Source of the DNA: Podarcis pityusensis
Lineage: Eukaryota
Reading direction: 5' to 3' (one strand)
Assembly (NCBI GenBank): GCA_964106645.2
Contig: OZ067043.1
Length of the DNA stretch: 64,000 bases
In this document: piece by piece, positions 37,590 to 50,404 of the stretch
How positions within the stretch are numbered: the first letter of the stretch is position 1
Layout: each line of letters begins with the position of its first letter
Position numbers and translations under genes: made by a program
Notes under the pieces: model-generated
What the model was told of the DNA's origin: nothing
Database searches by the model: none
The model's input: the letters and a program-made list of their open reading frames with translations, nothing else

Positions 37590-38090
37590 TATCATTTATC
37601 ATCCAAGAGGTTCGAGTGGCTTATAATAACAATTTAAATAGTCACCAATAACTTAATACAAATCAAGACTATAAACCCAAAATTATATAACAGAGTGTAA
37701 AAGGACATTTGAAAAACCAACAACCAGGATACCAAAAGAAGATAGTCATTCAAATGTAAGTTTAACTTTAAAAACCTTAACACTTTTAACTTGGCCAATG
37801 AAAACCTTTCAAAAATGTTAAAAGCATACAAAATTGGGTTCCAAAAGGCTTGGTGACCATCAAGCCACACCTGGGAACTTCCTGAACTTACCTGGTGGGC
37901 AGGTGTTACTTTTAGTATCCTATCCCCAACTAATGTTAAGGGCTTTGGGAAAAGAGACATTCCTCAGGCAACTAGGACCCCAAATAATGCCTAGAGATAG
38001 CACAAATTCACCCCAATAATTCTCATTCAAATTCCTGGAAAACTACTACAGGCAGTTGAACAATTTTCATTAAAGGGAGAAATGCACATC
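37590..38090 (-). mobile_element. Highly decayed L2 3' fragment
   Basis: gagtggcttata tail motif. Reverse complement gggtcctagttgcctgaggaatgtctc is GPSCLRxxL-like. Confidence 0.45.
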
Positions 38091-39008
38091 ACCACTGAGA
38101 TTTGGCATTCAAAGCTCACCTTTCCCCACCATAAATCCAACACTGATTTATAAATTTATGTTTACACATCCAAGTTAAGAATCAAGTAGATCCCTTGTGG
38201 AGAACACTGCAGCAGGATAGAGGGGACCCAGTATCTTTAAGGCCTTTCCTGGATGCCCTTTCCGTCTCCAATGACTACCCGCTAGCTCTCTCCCTTTGAT
38301 TTAAGAGTTCCTCTCGTGGCCCTGACAGTAAGGTATTTCTGTCCCACAGATTATAACTCACTCTGGGCTATTATTCAACTCCCAAGCCCTGGCCCTGCTG
38401 CATTTAGTCCAAACATAATATCCTTCATGCATATATTATCTGTCTCCCTATTATCTGGAATCATTTCGGAATTAAATTTCAGTCCTGCAATATTGGCTCG
38501 AAGAGCGGCTCGCTTTATGGGCTAGTCAAAGGTTAGAATACCAATCAAAATAACATTGCCGATGCAGCGAGACATTTTAATATTCCAAAACCCGGTAATT
38601 GTAAAAGGACATAATATTTTTTCCCTGATTACCCCAAAGGCAACACATGTTAACAAGGCGAGGGAGAGAGTGAAAGGATTTCCAGAGTTCAAGACAGCTG
38701 TGTGACAGATTTAAAGGCAAAGTAGTAGAAAGCTGGCCCCATGCAGCCTTCCAGGAGGGAGGGAGGAAGAAGCACACCTGCCCCTATTGATCAGATCAAT
38801 GAACCCAGTGTCTCTCTCTCTGCGATTGGCTAGTTACCAGTATCATTTGAGCTATCACATGACTGTCAAGCTGATCGCATGCGCTTCAGAAAGCTGCTGG
38901 GCTAAAGGAATAGTCATTACATAAGGTAACAACCCACAAAATGGCACAATGAAAAATACTAATTCAAGTCCAGGAAGTGCTGGAAGTTAGAAAGCAGGCA
39001 ATAAGATA

Positions 39009-39363
39009 CAGTGGTACCTCGCAAGGCGAATGCCTCGCAAGACAAAAAACTCGCTAGACGAAAGGGTTTTTTGTTTTTTGAGCTGCTTCGCAAGACGATT
39101 TTCCCTATGGGCTTGCTTCGCAAGACGGAAACGTATTGCAAGTTTGTTTCCTTTTTCTTAACACCGTTAATACAGTTGCGACTTGACTTCGAGGAGCAAC
39201 TCATAGAACGCGGTGTGGTAGCCTTTTTTGAGGTTTTTAAAGACTTTGGTGATTTTTGAAGCTTTTCCAAAACTTTCCCGACACCGTGCTTCGCAAGACG
39301 AAAAAAATCGCAAGACAACAAAACTCGCGGAACGAATTAATTTCGTCTTGCGAGGCACCACTG
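39009..39363. mobile_element. Tigger/pogo-like MITE (young)
   Basis: TA|cagtggtacctcgcaag ... cttgcgaggcaccactg|TA. Multiple internal tcgcaagacg repeats. CpG-rich. Confidence 0.92.
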
Positions 39364-39814
39364 TAACCATGGCAAGCGTTGTGTTATGATTTCTGTCAGC
39401 AACAACAACAAACATTCTGGCCTTACTCCTGTAGTCCCTTTAGTTTTTAGGATCAGCCTCTGAATTAGGCATTTGTTTTAATGTTAAGCAAATGCTTCAG
39501 ATCAAAAGTTGCTTAGCTTAGTAATTTGCCATGCAAAAACTAATTATTTCCACTATCTGGGTCACTTTGGGCCTTCAGTAAATTTATGTGAACCTAATGT
39601 CAATCCTGTTTGACCAGACAAACGATCCACCTAGCCCTATGTCCCATCCTTGACCAAAGCCAAATAAAGATGCTTGAAGAAATATATAGCAGGAGTCCAT
39701 TCTTGGTCATCCACTCCCAATCACCCGTTTTAAAGTTTAGAGACATCCTAAATATTAGAATAGATGCCCTGAGCATGCTAATAAAGAGCTATTGATATTC
39801 TTATCTTCCATTAA

Positions 39815-40105
39815 TTCGTCTAAGGGGTTTTATTATTATTGCCCAGCTGTACTGATAGCAGAGAGTTCCACAAATAAACTGAGGGTTGTGTGAAAATAGT
39901 TTATGTGCTTGTTTTAAACCTGCTGCTTGTTAATTTCATTGGAGGTTCACTGGTTGCAGTAACTACTTGAAAGGGTAAAAGGTCTGTTTCCTGGCTACTC
40001 TTTCTACTCCACTCACGGTTTTATATACTTCTGCTTAGAAAAGTAATAGATAAGAGTGGGTATTATAGGAAAGTCCAGATATTTAACCCTTCCTCATATA
40101 TGTAA
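39815..40105 (-). mobile_element. Old CR1 3' fragment
   Basis: gagttccaca, tttaaacctgctgc..aatttcattgg, ccactcacggttttatatacttct: reverse complement of the CR1 ORF2 end. Confidence 0.6.
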
Positions 40106-40143
40106 GGTAGTGCATACCTTGATGATTTTTTTCTGCTCGTCTT

Positions 40144-40362
40144 GAGGTAGAATCCAATGCTGCAGAAACAGCCTTCAACTTGTGCAACAGAACTTCACCT
40201 TTTTATCCCTCACATACCCACAAAATTTATTCCTTGGGATCCCATACCTTCTAAAACAGATTTTGAGGGCATGTGGAGGACTGTAGGAAGGAGAAGGCCA
40301 TGTCCCATTATGTGAACACAAGTTCATTCTGCTTGCACACAGACAGCACTGAATATAACCCT
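40144..40362. mobile_element. PIF/Harbinger-like MITE
   Basis: Imperfect TIRs ggtagaatccaatgctg and cagcactgaatataacc. Confidence 0.5.
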
Positions 40363-40377
40363 CTATTCCTTTTCTCA

Positions 40378-40870
40378 ATTACTTGGGTCTTCCTTTCCCC
40401 CCTTTTTGAAGATGGGGACAACATTTGCCCGCTCCAGTCTGTAGGGACCTCACCTGTTCTCCAATAATTCTCAAAGATAATAGACAAAGGCTCTGAAATT
40501 ACATCCCCAAACTCCTTTAGGATCCTTGGATACAGCTCATTAGGCTCTGGAGATTTGAATTCATTTTAAATAGCTAGGTGTTCCCTTACTACTTCTTTTC
40601 CTATCTTGGGCTGCAGCTCCCTCCTTACATCATTCTGTTATCACCAGGTTGGGCATCGTTTTCCTTTTGGGTGAAGACAGAGGCAAAGTAGGTGTTGAGT
40701 TGTTCTCCCCTTTCTCTGTCACCCAATAGCATTTCTCCATGTTCCCCACACAGAGGATCTACCACTTGCTTGGTCTTCCTCTTACTTTGGACATAGCCAA
40801 AGAAACCTTTTTTTATTATTTTTAACCTCTCTTGCAAGCTTGAGCTCATTCTGAGCTTTAGCCAGCCTGA
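40378..40870 (-). mobile_element. CR1 LINE ORF2 internal fragment
   Basis: KKGFFGYVQSKRKTKQVVDPL...EQLNTYFASVFT (ORF 40625-40900), then NEFKSPEPNELYPRILKEFGDVISEPLSIIFENYWRTGEVPTDW and ANVVPIFKKG. Contains stops and frameshifts. Confidence 0.92.
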
Positions 40871-43502
40871 CTTTCCCCAATGTGCCAATGTGCAATTCAT
40901 CCATGTAGCCTACACACTGTGCTAAGTCTCTCTCTCTCTCTTAGCAGAAAGAAAACAATGTCAGTTAAAATTAACAATAAGAATACTCCATAAAATATAA
41001 TTTAAACATATGAATTAATATAAAATGCCCATATGTCTGAACAGATATCCAAACAAGACCGGCAATTATAAGATACATGTTCAAATGTAAAAAAGGTAGT
41101 ATGATCTTCAGATCACTGAGTAATGAGTGGTGGGTCTTTAACCTTCCAATCTTGAATACAAATCTCTTTGCAACTATAGGGGGTCAAAGGATTGACTTTC
41201 GTTGTACATCTGTTAGCTACCACATCACAGGAATATAATTTAGAAGTGCATAAATATAAAAAATATCAAGGCTTTTTCCAAAGAAAAGTAAATACGAACA
41301 ACAATTTCTGACCAAAAAGGCACCACAGGACACACCCTCATCATAAACCTAAAAGAAGTATTATTAGCATTACATCACCAGGATGTATCTGAATGGGTTA
41401 GCTGTATATCACTAAGGTTTTAACAGATCAGTGAACCACACAATTGCGCAGAGCATGAATGCAATTCATCAATGAGGTTGCTGGACTAGAGTCTACATGT
41501 GATAAAAATGCATTCGGTTCTACGTTTGGTACTAAAGTTGAAATTGGCAACACTGCACCATCATCGTGTGACATACCAGATGGACTCTGGCCCAGCAACC
41601 TCATTAGCTAATGCACCCATATGCTCACAGATATACATATACACAGTTATTCATACACCCATAAGGTTTATGAGGTACAATGCATGCAACATTGCACCCC
41701 TGCTTCCTGCCTTCTGCCACAATGGAGACCCAAACAGCACAGATTGCCCAGGACGACAATAAAAGCTATTTTGCTTTGTTTCCATGAGAGCATCCCTTTT
41801 GCTCCTTGTTAAGTCTTAATCAAAGTTATTTTATTACACAGCCTAAGGAGCTGCACCTTCTTGTTGGGCAACTACTGCTACTAATCGTTTATATAGTACC
41901 ATCAATGCTCATGGCATATTCCAGATCAAAATGAGAGAGATGGATCCCTGTTCTAAAGAGTTTACAGCATAAGATTCAGTGGTAAAATGCAGCTGTCTGA
42001 CCCAACTGAGCGGACGTCTTAGCAGACAGATATTTGGAGACGGGTGCTTTGGTACATACCTACATATGGCCTCCCTCCTCCTTGTAACTATGAGGGAGCA
42101 AGCAGTTTTGTGGTTACAGGCCCTCAGTGTCCAAAAGACAAACTGAAATGCATGTTATATTTAAGCCTTGCAGCATAGCAAATTGCTCTTCTGTAGTAGA
42201 CTTTCCCCAAGCCACTGCTTTATTCATATGTATCTACCCTTTCCCCATAGACCCTCTACAGTTCCAGCATTTGTCAGTCCCACTACTGCTTCCTCCATCC
42301 TGGCCTGCAAGCACCCTTAGCTCTTCCAAACTTGGACATCTCCATCTGAGAAACAGTATCCTTCTTAAAATACCTTAATTCTGATCCACAGCACCTCTGC
42401 TGCTCATAAAGACAGCTTTTGACAGCAGCAGAAGGGAAGCCAGTCAACAGCACTCAACCACTATCTCAATGGCTGCCCATCGAGAAGGTTTAAGGGGAGA
42501 TCTGATATATAAGAACATTCTAATAAAATCCATATCCCCCGGTAGCCCCCGCCAATACAGATCTAGTCAAGGCAAAGAGCACAATAAAATCCCTGCCCTA
42601 AGTCCTAACTAAACTGACAGTTCATGAAGGATACAAGATCGCTCAGTGACATTAAAAATGTCAGCAAGAGGCCGATGCGGTTTGGCAGACGGGAAGCATT
42701 TACAGGCAGGGGAAAGTAAAACTTGTGACAACGCATCCAGCTATAAGCAGGGCTTGTTCTCATTGCTGCTGATTTCTGCCCACCCTAAGGTCTTGCATTT
42801 ATCCAGCCCTTGCATCCATGTATAAGGCTATTGTTAAGCTGTACGGGGGGGGACGGGACCTTTTACATTCAACCTGTTTCTGAACTTGCAACGAAGTCTA
42901 AGAATGCCTTCCAATTCCCACCGGAGTGGCTTTCCTATCTTACACATCCAGATGGCTTACTGGAAGTACTTGTCAGCTAATGGTGGGAAGCTGGACAGAT
43001 CTTCTGCCTGCAACAGCAGTTGTCATCAGCAGGACACTCAAGGCTACAAGGCATGAATCAGCTTCCTGCCGGTTCCAACTTGGAGAATAGAAAACAATGA
43101 AGAGAGAACATGCAGGTGGTCTGGCTTCAACTGAAAGGAGCTCACCAACACAATGTGTTCAGATTAGATGAGGGGAACAGCTTGGGCATTTTTGCTTTGC
43201 TTCTTTGCAGATACACAGTCTAGTGTCCTTAAAAAAAGGTACCGTGTCTCCTTTCCAACCCATGTAGTAAGACTATCTTCTGCTGTTTACTATGCAAGCA
43301 TGCCTGTAGCCTATGATATAGATAAAAAAGACTGTGCTGACCTAACTACCCACACTAGTCTCTAACAAGGTATCCTCATGCACAACAGAATCAAGCTACG
43401 TGTCTGTTACAAATGCAGCTAAGTGTGTCTAGTTCCAGGGTTATGAGTAAGCTTACTAAGTCAGAACCCATCACTGAGTACTCACCACTCCATCCTATCC
43501 TC

Positions 43503-43580
43503 ATTAAGATGTTATGATAAGCCATAGCTTATCTTAACCATGGTTTGTTGAACAAGCAAGAAATTGGCTCACAACAAGCC
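43503..43580. mobile_element. AACCATGGTT-family fragment
   Basis: taagccatagcttatcttaaccatggtttgttgaacaagc. Confidence 0.45.
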
Positions 43581-44336
43581 CTCTGTCTTCTCTGTGCATT
43601 ATCTGTGTTATCATCTATGATTGGCTATACAGAACACAAGTTTTCTCCTCCTTTGAATTTTTCAGCCACTCTCTCTGAAGCTCCCCCACTTCCCCCATTC
43701 TTAGACACAACCCACAGAGGCTTGCTACCATCTTTTCCTCTCAGACCTCCTGTACAAAAGGGTATCTTGCTACAAGTGTTCTGCTTACAGTCCAGTTGGC
43801 TTTTTTACCAAATTTGCTAGCACATCAAAAAGACAATCTGTGTGAAAGAGATATGTGAAACTTCTCCATTTGACACTCAACCTTCCAGCACCAGCTCTAA
43901 AGTGTATCTCTTACCTGCTCCCCCATCTTTAGTATTCCAACCTCCTGTCAAATGTATAAGGGAAGATTTTTGCCATTTATTCTTATCTGATGAACCAGCA
44001 AACCCAGATGACTCCTACCCCATTTTACTTCTGACCTGTAAATTAGCAACCCGACTCCTCAACTATGAGCCATGTAAGAAGAACTAGCTTATTATGGACA
44101 GGTTGTTTCAGCAAACACCAGCTTCTATTGCACACCTGAAGACTGCTGAGGTCAGAGGACCAATCTCTGACTTCCACCCCTCCTCAGACTCTGCCTTTAC
44201 CACCTGTACCCCCTCATCCAATTATAGTACAAGTTTTGGTTCTTTGTTTATTTGTTTGTCCAGTTGAAGCAACAAAAATACATTAAATCCATCTGAAAAT
44301 CCTGCTAGCAACCGATCAGTATCAAGGACCTAACAT

Positions 44337-44425
44337 GGGGCGGTAGTTAACCAAGTTTTACCAAGTTCATCAAGTTATTTAATTTCAATGGGTCTACTCT
44401 AAATAAAACTTAGTTGAATACCACC
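44337..44425. mobile_element. Short palindromic MITE (about 90 bp)
   Basis: ggcggtagttaaccaagtttta pairs with taaaacttagttgaataccacc. Internal ttcaatgggtctactct. Confidence 0.65.
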
Positions 44426-45897
44426 TGTTTATTTCTAAAGTGCTGTGGAAAATTTTTTGCCTAGGGTTGGAGATTTTTCAAGCTTGAGGCTGAAACACTC
44501 CTGTCTCTAGGCAGTTTAGAAAACATGGGGGCTGAGCATTTAGACCATTTCTGCTCTTTCCACATTTTGCAGAACAAGTGAGCTTCTATTTCCTTCTGAC
44601 AAAGCCAAGTATGGGTCACCACACTTGACAAGAGAGTGAGTGGTTTTCTAAGTGATGTTAACCCCGGTCTTGTCTGTTTTATCTACATGAGCCCTGATCT
44701 CTACTGCTCTACTGATCCTCTGTCCTGGGGTTTCATGCTGCTCCCATTCCTGCCATACTGAAGCATCATGAATTCTGATCAAACATCAGCACCATGAAGC
44801 TATTCCCTGAAAGAGACATAAAATTTCCCTCTGCCTGCATGTCAAAATGGATTATACATAATAAAGAAAGCAGGCTTCTAACAGTCTGAACCCGATAGCC
44901 CAAAATGATAGCAAAAAAGACATAATGTATTGTCCCAAGGGCAGGAGGTGCAACACAGCTAAGGGTTTCAGCCAGCTAATATCAAACATCACCACGCAGA
45001 GCGATTTGACTTTTTTGTATGTCCATCAACCTGCTGGTTATATCACTGCTATCCATTCACCAGAAGTTTAGTGAACTTCAAATGGCGATCATTAATGGTC
45101 ACTGAACTGCACAACGCCCCAATGTGCTTTCAGATTGCATTTGCAAAAGCCCAGCAATAAGGCAAGAGATTTGCTCTGACAGCAGGAAACCCTTGTCAAG
45201 CTCAGTGAGGAACATGCTGCCAGCCTCCCCCTTGTTACATTCAGACCCTACCCTGATTTGACAGAACAGAAAATGCTTTTTTATTTTATTTTTTAAAAAA
45301 ACTATTACCATTCAGAATGCCACTCTTGCTTTCACTTTATTTATTTTTTTAAAAAATAGGCAAAACAAAATAGGAAGAGCCAAATTATGCAAGCATTTCA
45401 TAAAGCAAGCTCCTACATATGGTTTGAAAATACAAAGCTGCTGAATTCAGTGGCACCACTCATGCCATTCATTAACAGAATACAGAAACTGTTTAAAGAA
45501 TTGTAACATTTCCTTGCACAACACTGGGTTTGACTTTTTTCACACCAATTGCCTGTATCCACTACCTAACTGTCTCCTTATCAACACGGGGGTTGGGGGA
45601 AGGCCTTTTCCATGTATGCAATTCTCTTGTATGCCGGGGGAGGGGGGGTCTCTAGAGAAATACAAAATGCCTGAGTAGTTAATCCATTAGGTTTGAACAA
45701 ACGAGAGAGGTATCTGTGCTTAAAGCTCCGGTGGTCATACTGCTAAGCAGTTTGGGTCACATAATTTGGAGCAGGGGAGTTGTTGTTTTAAAGGTTTGTA
45801 CGAAGCAGAAAGTCTTAAGCAGGTTATTTTTCTATGCACTTTCCAGACCTTTAGCACTGAGAAACAGCTGGCTAATATTCACTGGCGGGCAGGGGGA

Positions 45898-45900
<3 letters not shown>

Positions 45901-45938
<38 letters not shown>
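45901..45938. repeat. (GA)n microsatellite
   Basis: Seen directly. Confidence 0.95.
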
Positions 45939-45942
<4 letters not shown>

Positions 45943-46784
45943 GAAGCCCGGGTGGGGGGTGGAGCAGACTTGGATATGCTCCAGCTGACCCAGCCTTTCC
46001 CAGAGAGATGCTGAGTTATTATGCATAGAGGTGCTATGTTAGGGTGGCCACAATGGGATTCTCCTCAGCTGCAGACCATATTCCATCAAGTACAGTAAGA
46101 CTCTATTAGGGGAGATACAATAGGAACTTCGCTTCACCCGGCCTCTGAGAAAATAACTCCTCATTTCAATGCAAAACAGCCGTGCTTATTAAATACCTCC
46201 TTGAAGGAGCCAAGGAAGGGAGAAGGGGAAATGAAGAGGCAGCCAAGGGGTGGTAGGGAAAGGGAGATTTGCAATGAAAGTACCTTTTTGAGATTAATCC
46301 ACTGTTTGAAGTAATCAGCAACTGGAAGCCCTAAGTATTGGCATTGTCCAGGTAACCTGTAAGAGAGGAGAGAGAACAGGTTGGATTCCATTGGAGGAGC
46401 CTGACATCACAAAATAAACTTTATTAAACACTTCTGGTTTTGAGAAAGAGGATAGAATAAAATGCTCTAGCCTGCTTTTCAGAATGGTCCCACACATATG
46501 ACAGAGGTCACTCAAACACAGGAGCCTAACCCAAACCCAAGCTTGGGATGGCTAGACAACAGGCATTATACATCCAAGATGCTAGATATTTTCATTGAGG
46601 ACTTAGAAGTTGGCAATATGTCGCCCGAATTTCACATGCAACCCATGAACATAGCAATCATTTTTAAAAGGTGTGTAGGCCTGGTTAGATAAAACTAATC
46701 ATCTTCAACTAGTGGTTAGTTCCATAAGAAGATTAGCAAAGCAGCTCAGTATGTTCTGGTGAGCCCGTGGGCATATGACTTTAT

Positions 46785-47030
46785 GAGAGCCAGTGTGGTG
46801 TAGTGGTTAAGAGCGGTAGTCTCGTAATCTGGGGAACCGGGTTCGCGTCTCCGCTCCTCCACATGCAGCTGCTGGGTGACCTTGGGCCAGTCACACTTCT
46901 TTGAAGTCTCTCAGCCCCACTGAGTGTTTGTTGTGGGGGAGGAAGGGAAAGGAGAATGTTAGCCGCTTTGAGACTCCTTAAAGGGAGTGAAAGGCGGGAT
47001 ATCAAATCCAAACTCTTCTTCTTCTTCTTT
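46785..47030 (+). mobile_element. Squam3-type tRNA-derived SINE, full length, (CTT)n tail
   Basis: gagagccagtgtggtgtagtggtt (A box), gggttcgcgtctcc (B-box-like), gggtgaccttgggccagtcac, L2-like end agccgctttgag..ggcgggatat, then (ctt)n. Confidence 0.9.
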
Positions 47031-47092
47031 AGCCACATGTCTTTCTTTGGTTGTCCCCACCTATGTTCATGCACTCAACAACAGTCAACTGT

Positions 47093-47388
47093 GGCTGTAT
47101 TCGCATGTAAAACTAAGCCATGGTTTGCTTTAAACAAACCATAAATTATTTCACAAATAAACAAACAACCCATAGTTTGCTCCCCCCAAGCTTGGTATGT
47201 TTTTCCAGCCATTCTTGCCTCATGGCTCTCTAATTCGGAAATGTCTGGGGTGGACAAACAAGCCATGGTTAAGCTTTTGGTTTGGCATTCTGCCCAAACC
47301 CATAGTTAAAACAAGCCATGATTCATAAGCCAACAACAAACCATAGCTTCACATCAGTTTTTGTCAGAAAGTAAACCATAGTTAGTCT
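47093..47388. mobile_element. AACCATGGTT-family non-autonomous DNA element
   Basis: Starts ggctgtattcgcatgt. Repeated a(a/g)ccat(a/g)g(t/c)tt motifs. Confidence 0.55.
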
Positions 47389-47391
47389 TCA

Positions 47392-47910
47392 AGATGATCA
47401 AGGGACTGGAGCAATTCCCCTAAAACGAAAGGAGGCAACATTTGAGATTTTTTTAAGCTTACAGATAAGGCGAGAGAGTGGGAACATGATAGAGGTGTTT
47501 AAAATTATGCATAGTGTGAAGAAAGTGGACAGTAAGAGGCTTTTGTCCTTCTCTTATACTACTAGAACTCCAGCCATACTGTGAACAACAGACAAAAGGA
47601 AGTATATCTATACACATAGTTAAACAATGGAATTTGCTCCCATAAGATGTAGTGATGACCACTAACTTGTACAGCTTTAAAAGAGTAGATAAAACCATGG
47701 AGGATAAGGCTAACAAAGGCTACTAGTCGTAATAGCTATGTTCTACATCCACTGTAGGTGGCTTATGTTTCTGAATGCCAGTTGCTGGGAAATCCCATGT
47801 AAGGAGAGCACTTGGGGGCTTCACATATGCGCCTGGCTGGCCACTGTGAGAATAGAAAGCTTGACCAGATGGGCCTTTGATCTAGTCTATTAGAGTTCTT
47901 CTTATGTTTC
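47392..47910 (+). mobile_element. CR1 LINE 3' fragment with UTR
   Basis: MIKGLEQFP and MIEVFKIMHSVKKVD, acagacaaaaggaagta, and UTR ending ttcttatgtt. Confidence 0.88.
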
Positions 47911-49112
47911 TGTATAATTAGTTGATGGTATCCAATTTTAAATGTTTACATGGTTTTACTATATATATGTATGGCTGTTATAAACCGGCTTTGACTTTTT
48001 TATGAATAGCGGTATACAAATATTTTAACAAATATTTAATGTTCTTATGAACTCAAGTTGTAATAGATGGATGGCACAACAAGGCATTGTCTTTGCCAAA
48101 CTATGCACCCATAAATTATGCCGGTGCTTGCAGCTGAACCCAAATATGCCAAGATTATCAGAACTAGGCACGCAGAACATGTGGTAAACAGCCAAGACAT
48201 ACCTAGGAGATCACAAACCATCCTCACATTTCTATTCTGCTGCAACAACAGTCATCAGAAAGTTATCAGCAAGAGAGTTATCAATACATTGGCAAAATTA
48301 GCTAGGGAACTAAGGACTATATCATAGCTCCACAATCTCTCCCATAGTAAGAACTTGTGTTCCTCGAACAGCAGGCATGTCCTAAGCCCCACAACTCCCC
48401 GCCCCCTTCTGCTACTGAAAGGGCAAAGAATAGGCATTGTGTCCATTATCTTGGAATGTAGATTCATTTGTTCCCAATCAATTTGATTGATATGGGGTAG
48501 TTAACAGGTCATAATGCTTATTAATGCTTTGCTAAAGATTTTTAGAGATGCCCTGCATGCTGGATGGGGTATGAATTAGGCGAACACAGAAAAGACCCAA
48601 AATTAATTAAATAAGTGATTAATAGATCCATTTACACATGGTAATTACTGCAATCCAAGCAATTGGATATGCAAATTAGGCATGCACTTTGTACCCAGCA
48701 CTTTGTTGTAAACTCCTACAAAGAAAGAAGGGGTTGGACAGGGCAGGGCAGTGCAGGGCTGGTTCCCTGGTGTTCGTAGTGTTGCCTCTAAGGGAGCACA
48801 ATTCAGTGGATCTAGAAACAAGACTTTCACCTACTGTCCGCATCTAGACCTCAATAACATCTTCCCATACACACATGCTATACTTTGACATAAACATAAG
48901 AGTTCTGGGGCAAACTGCTTCCAAACAGAAGTTTTGTAAGGGTCCAAGTTATCCTTATCTTGAAGTACACACAATTTTGTTACTTTTCCTTCTCAAATAA
49001 AAATACTAAAAAGTATGAGCTAACAAACTATTACCTTCAAAACTCATACATGTGAATCCAGACTGCCTTTGTAAGTACAACTTCACAGTTTAAAGAAGCT
49101 TCAATAAGGTTG

Positions 49113-49129
49113 TTTTTATTTTATTTATT

Positions 49130-49169
<40 letters not shown>
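49113..49169. repeat. (TTTA)n(TTA)n simple repeat
   Basis: Seen directly. Confidence 0.9.
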
Positions 49170-49324
49170 GTATGACAACCTGTCATGATAGTTACTGTAT
49201 TTACCACCTCCAGGATCAGAGGCAGCATTCTTGTTTTAACTGCTTGTAATATTGTATTTTAAAATTGTGGTATCCAACCTCTGTGAAGAGAGAGTAAGAA
49301 AAATAAATAAGTAATTAATGTCAC

Positions 49325-49458
49325 TGAACACCAGTTGCTAGAGACACAAGAGGGGTCTTGTCCTGATGTTGTCCTTGAAGACTTCCCAGTGTTTGGTTGG
49401 CCACTGCAGGAAATGCGACTAGATAGGCCTTTGGTTTGGTCCAGCAGGGCTCTTATCT
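49325..49458 (+). mobile_element. CR1 3' UTR fragment
   Basis: tgaacaccagttgct...ggttggccactg...gactagataggcctttggtttggtccagcagggctctt. Confidence 0.7.
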
Positions 49459-50299
49459 CTATCATCTTTGTTTGCATTAATAAAAGAATTACACAGATAT
49501 ATTCAACCCAAAAACAAATAGACTAGCTGCTCTTCATGATATCCAGCATGACTTTCATTGGTAAGAAGAGCTTCTCTCTTGAGGCCTGGATGGCTTAAAG
49601 GACAGGCTTCATTTGCCACTGTGTATTCCAAATTCCGACATTATGTTCTGCAGCAGGAAAAAAAGTTCAGCTGCAACCTAAATACTGTATGTGTCTAAAG
49701 AATCTGAATTTTATACATCCTGCTAGCCATGAAAGAGAAACACACACCCCTGACCACTGAACATCCTATTCACTCTTCTTATATTTCACTCCTGCACACT
49801 TTAATTTTCCTCCCAGAGCCATAAGACTGAGAAAATTAAATTTAAAAACTAGAGAGATTTCTGTCAAATTCTGGGCCAGCATAATGTGAGGGAAGGCTTC
49901 TAAAATATACAGGGCAGTCTGACAGGCTGCAGAGGAGAATGATACGCAGATGGAGACAAAATCATGCAGCCCTCTTTCTTCCTTTGAAGCCAACTCTCCT
50001 TTCTTTCAACCAGGAAAGAAGAGCCCAGCTTGGCGGTGATAAACAGCCATGCTTTGGTTATCGCTTTCCTTAAGTTGAGGAGAGGCAGCTAGTGATGGAT
50101 GGACAGGAATTTGGTTATCAGGCAGGGCTGTCAGCCAGAGTTGCAGATAGCGCACACACATTTAGCAGGGCATCATTATGCAATGGCATGGAGCTAAAAT
50201 ATGGCCAAGGGTATTGAAAGAATGAAAGAACAGGATTTAGAAAAAACTAGCAAATTGAGCAACAATAAAGGAGCGCAAGGCGAGGACGTTATCGTCCTA

Positions 50300-50404
50300 G
50301 TGACACCTTTTATCTCAGTCTGGTTAGCGAGAGAAGGGCACAAATTGGTCCTTCCTCCACCATTGTATCCTCTTGTACAAACAGAGGCAGATAAAATGTG
50401 TCAC
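50300..50404. repeat. Long imperfect inverted repeat (hairpin)
   Basis: gtgacaccttttatct pairs with agataaaatgtgtcac at 15 of 16 positions. Pairing continues inward to a 9-nt loop. Confidence 0.8.
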
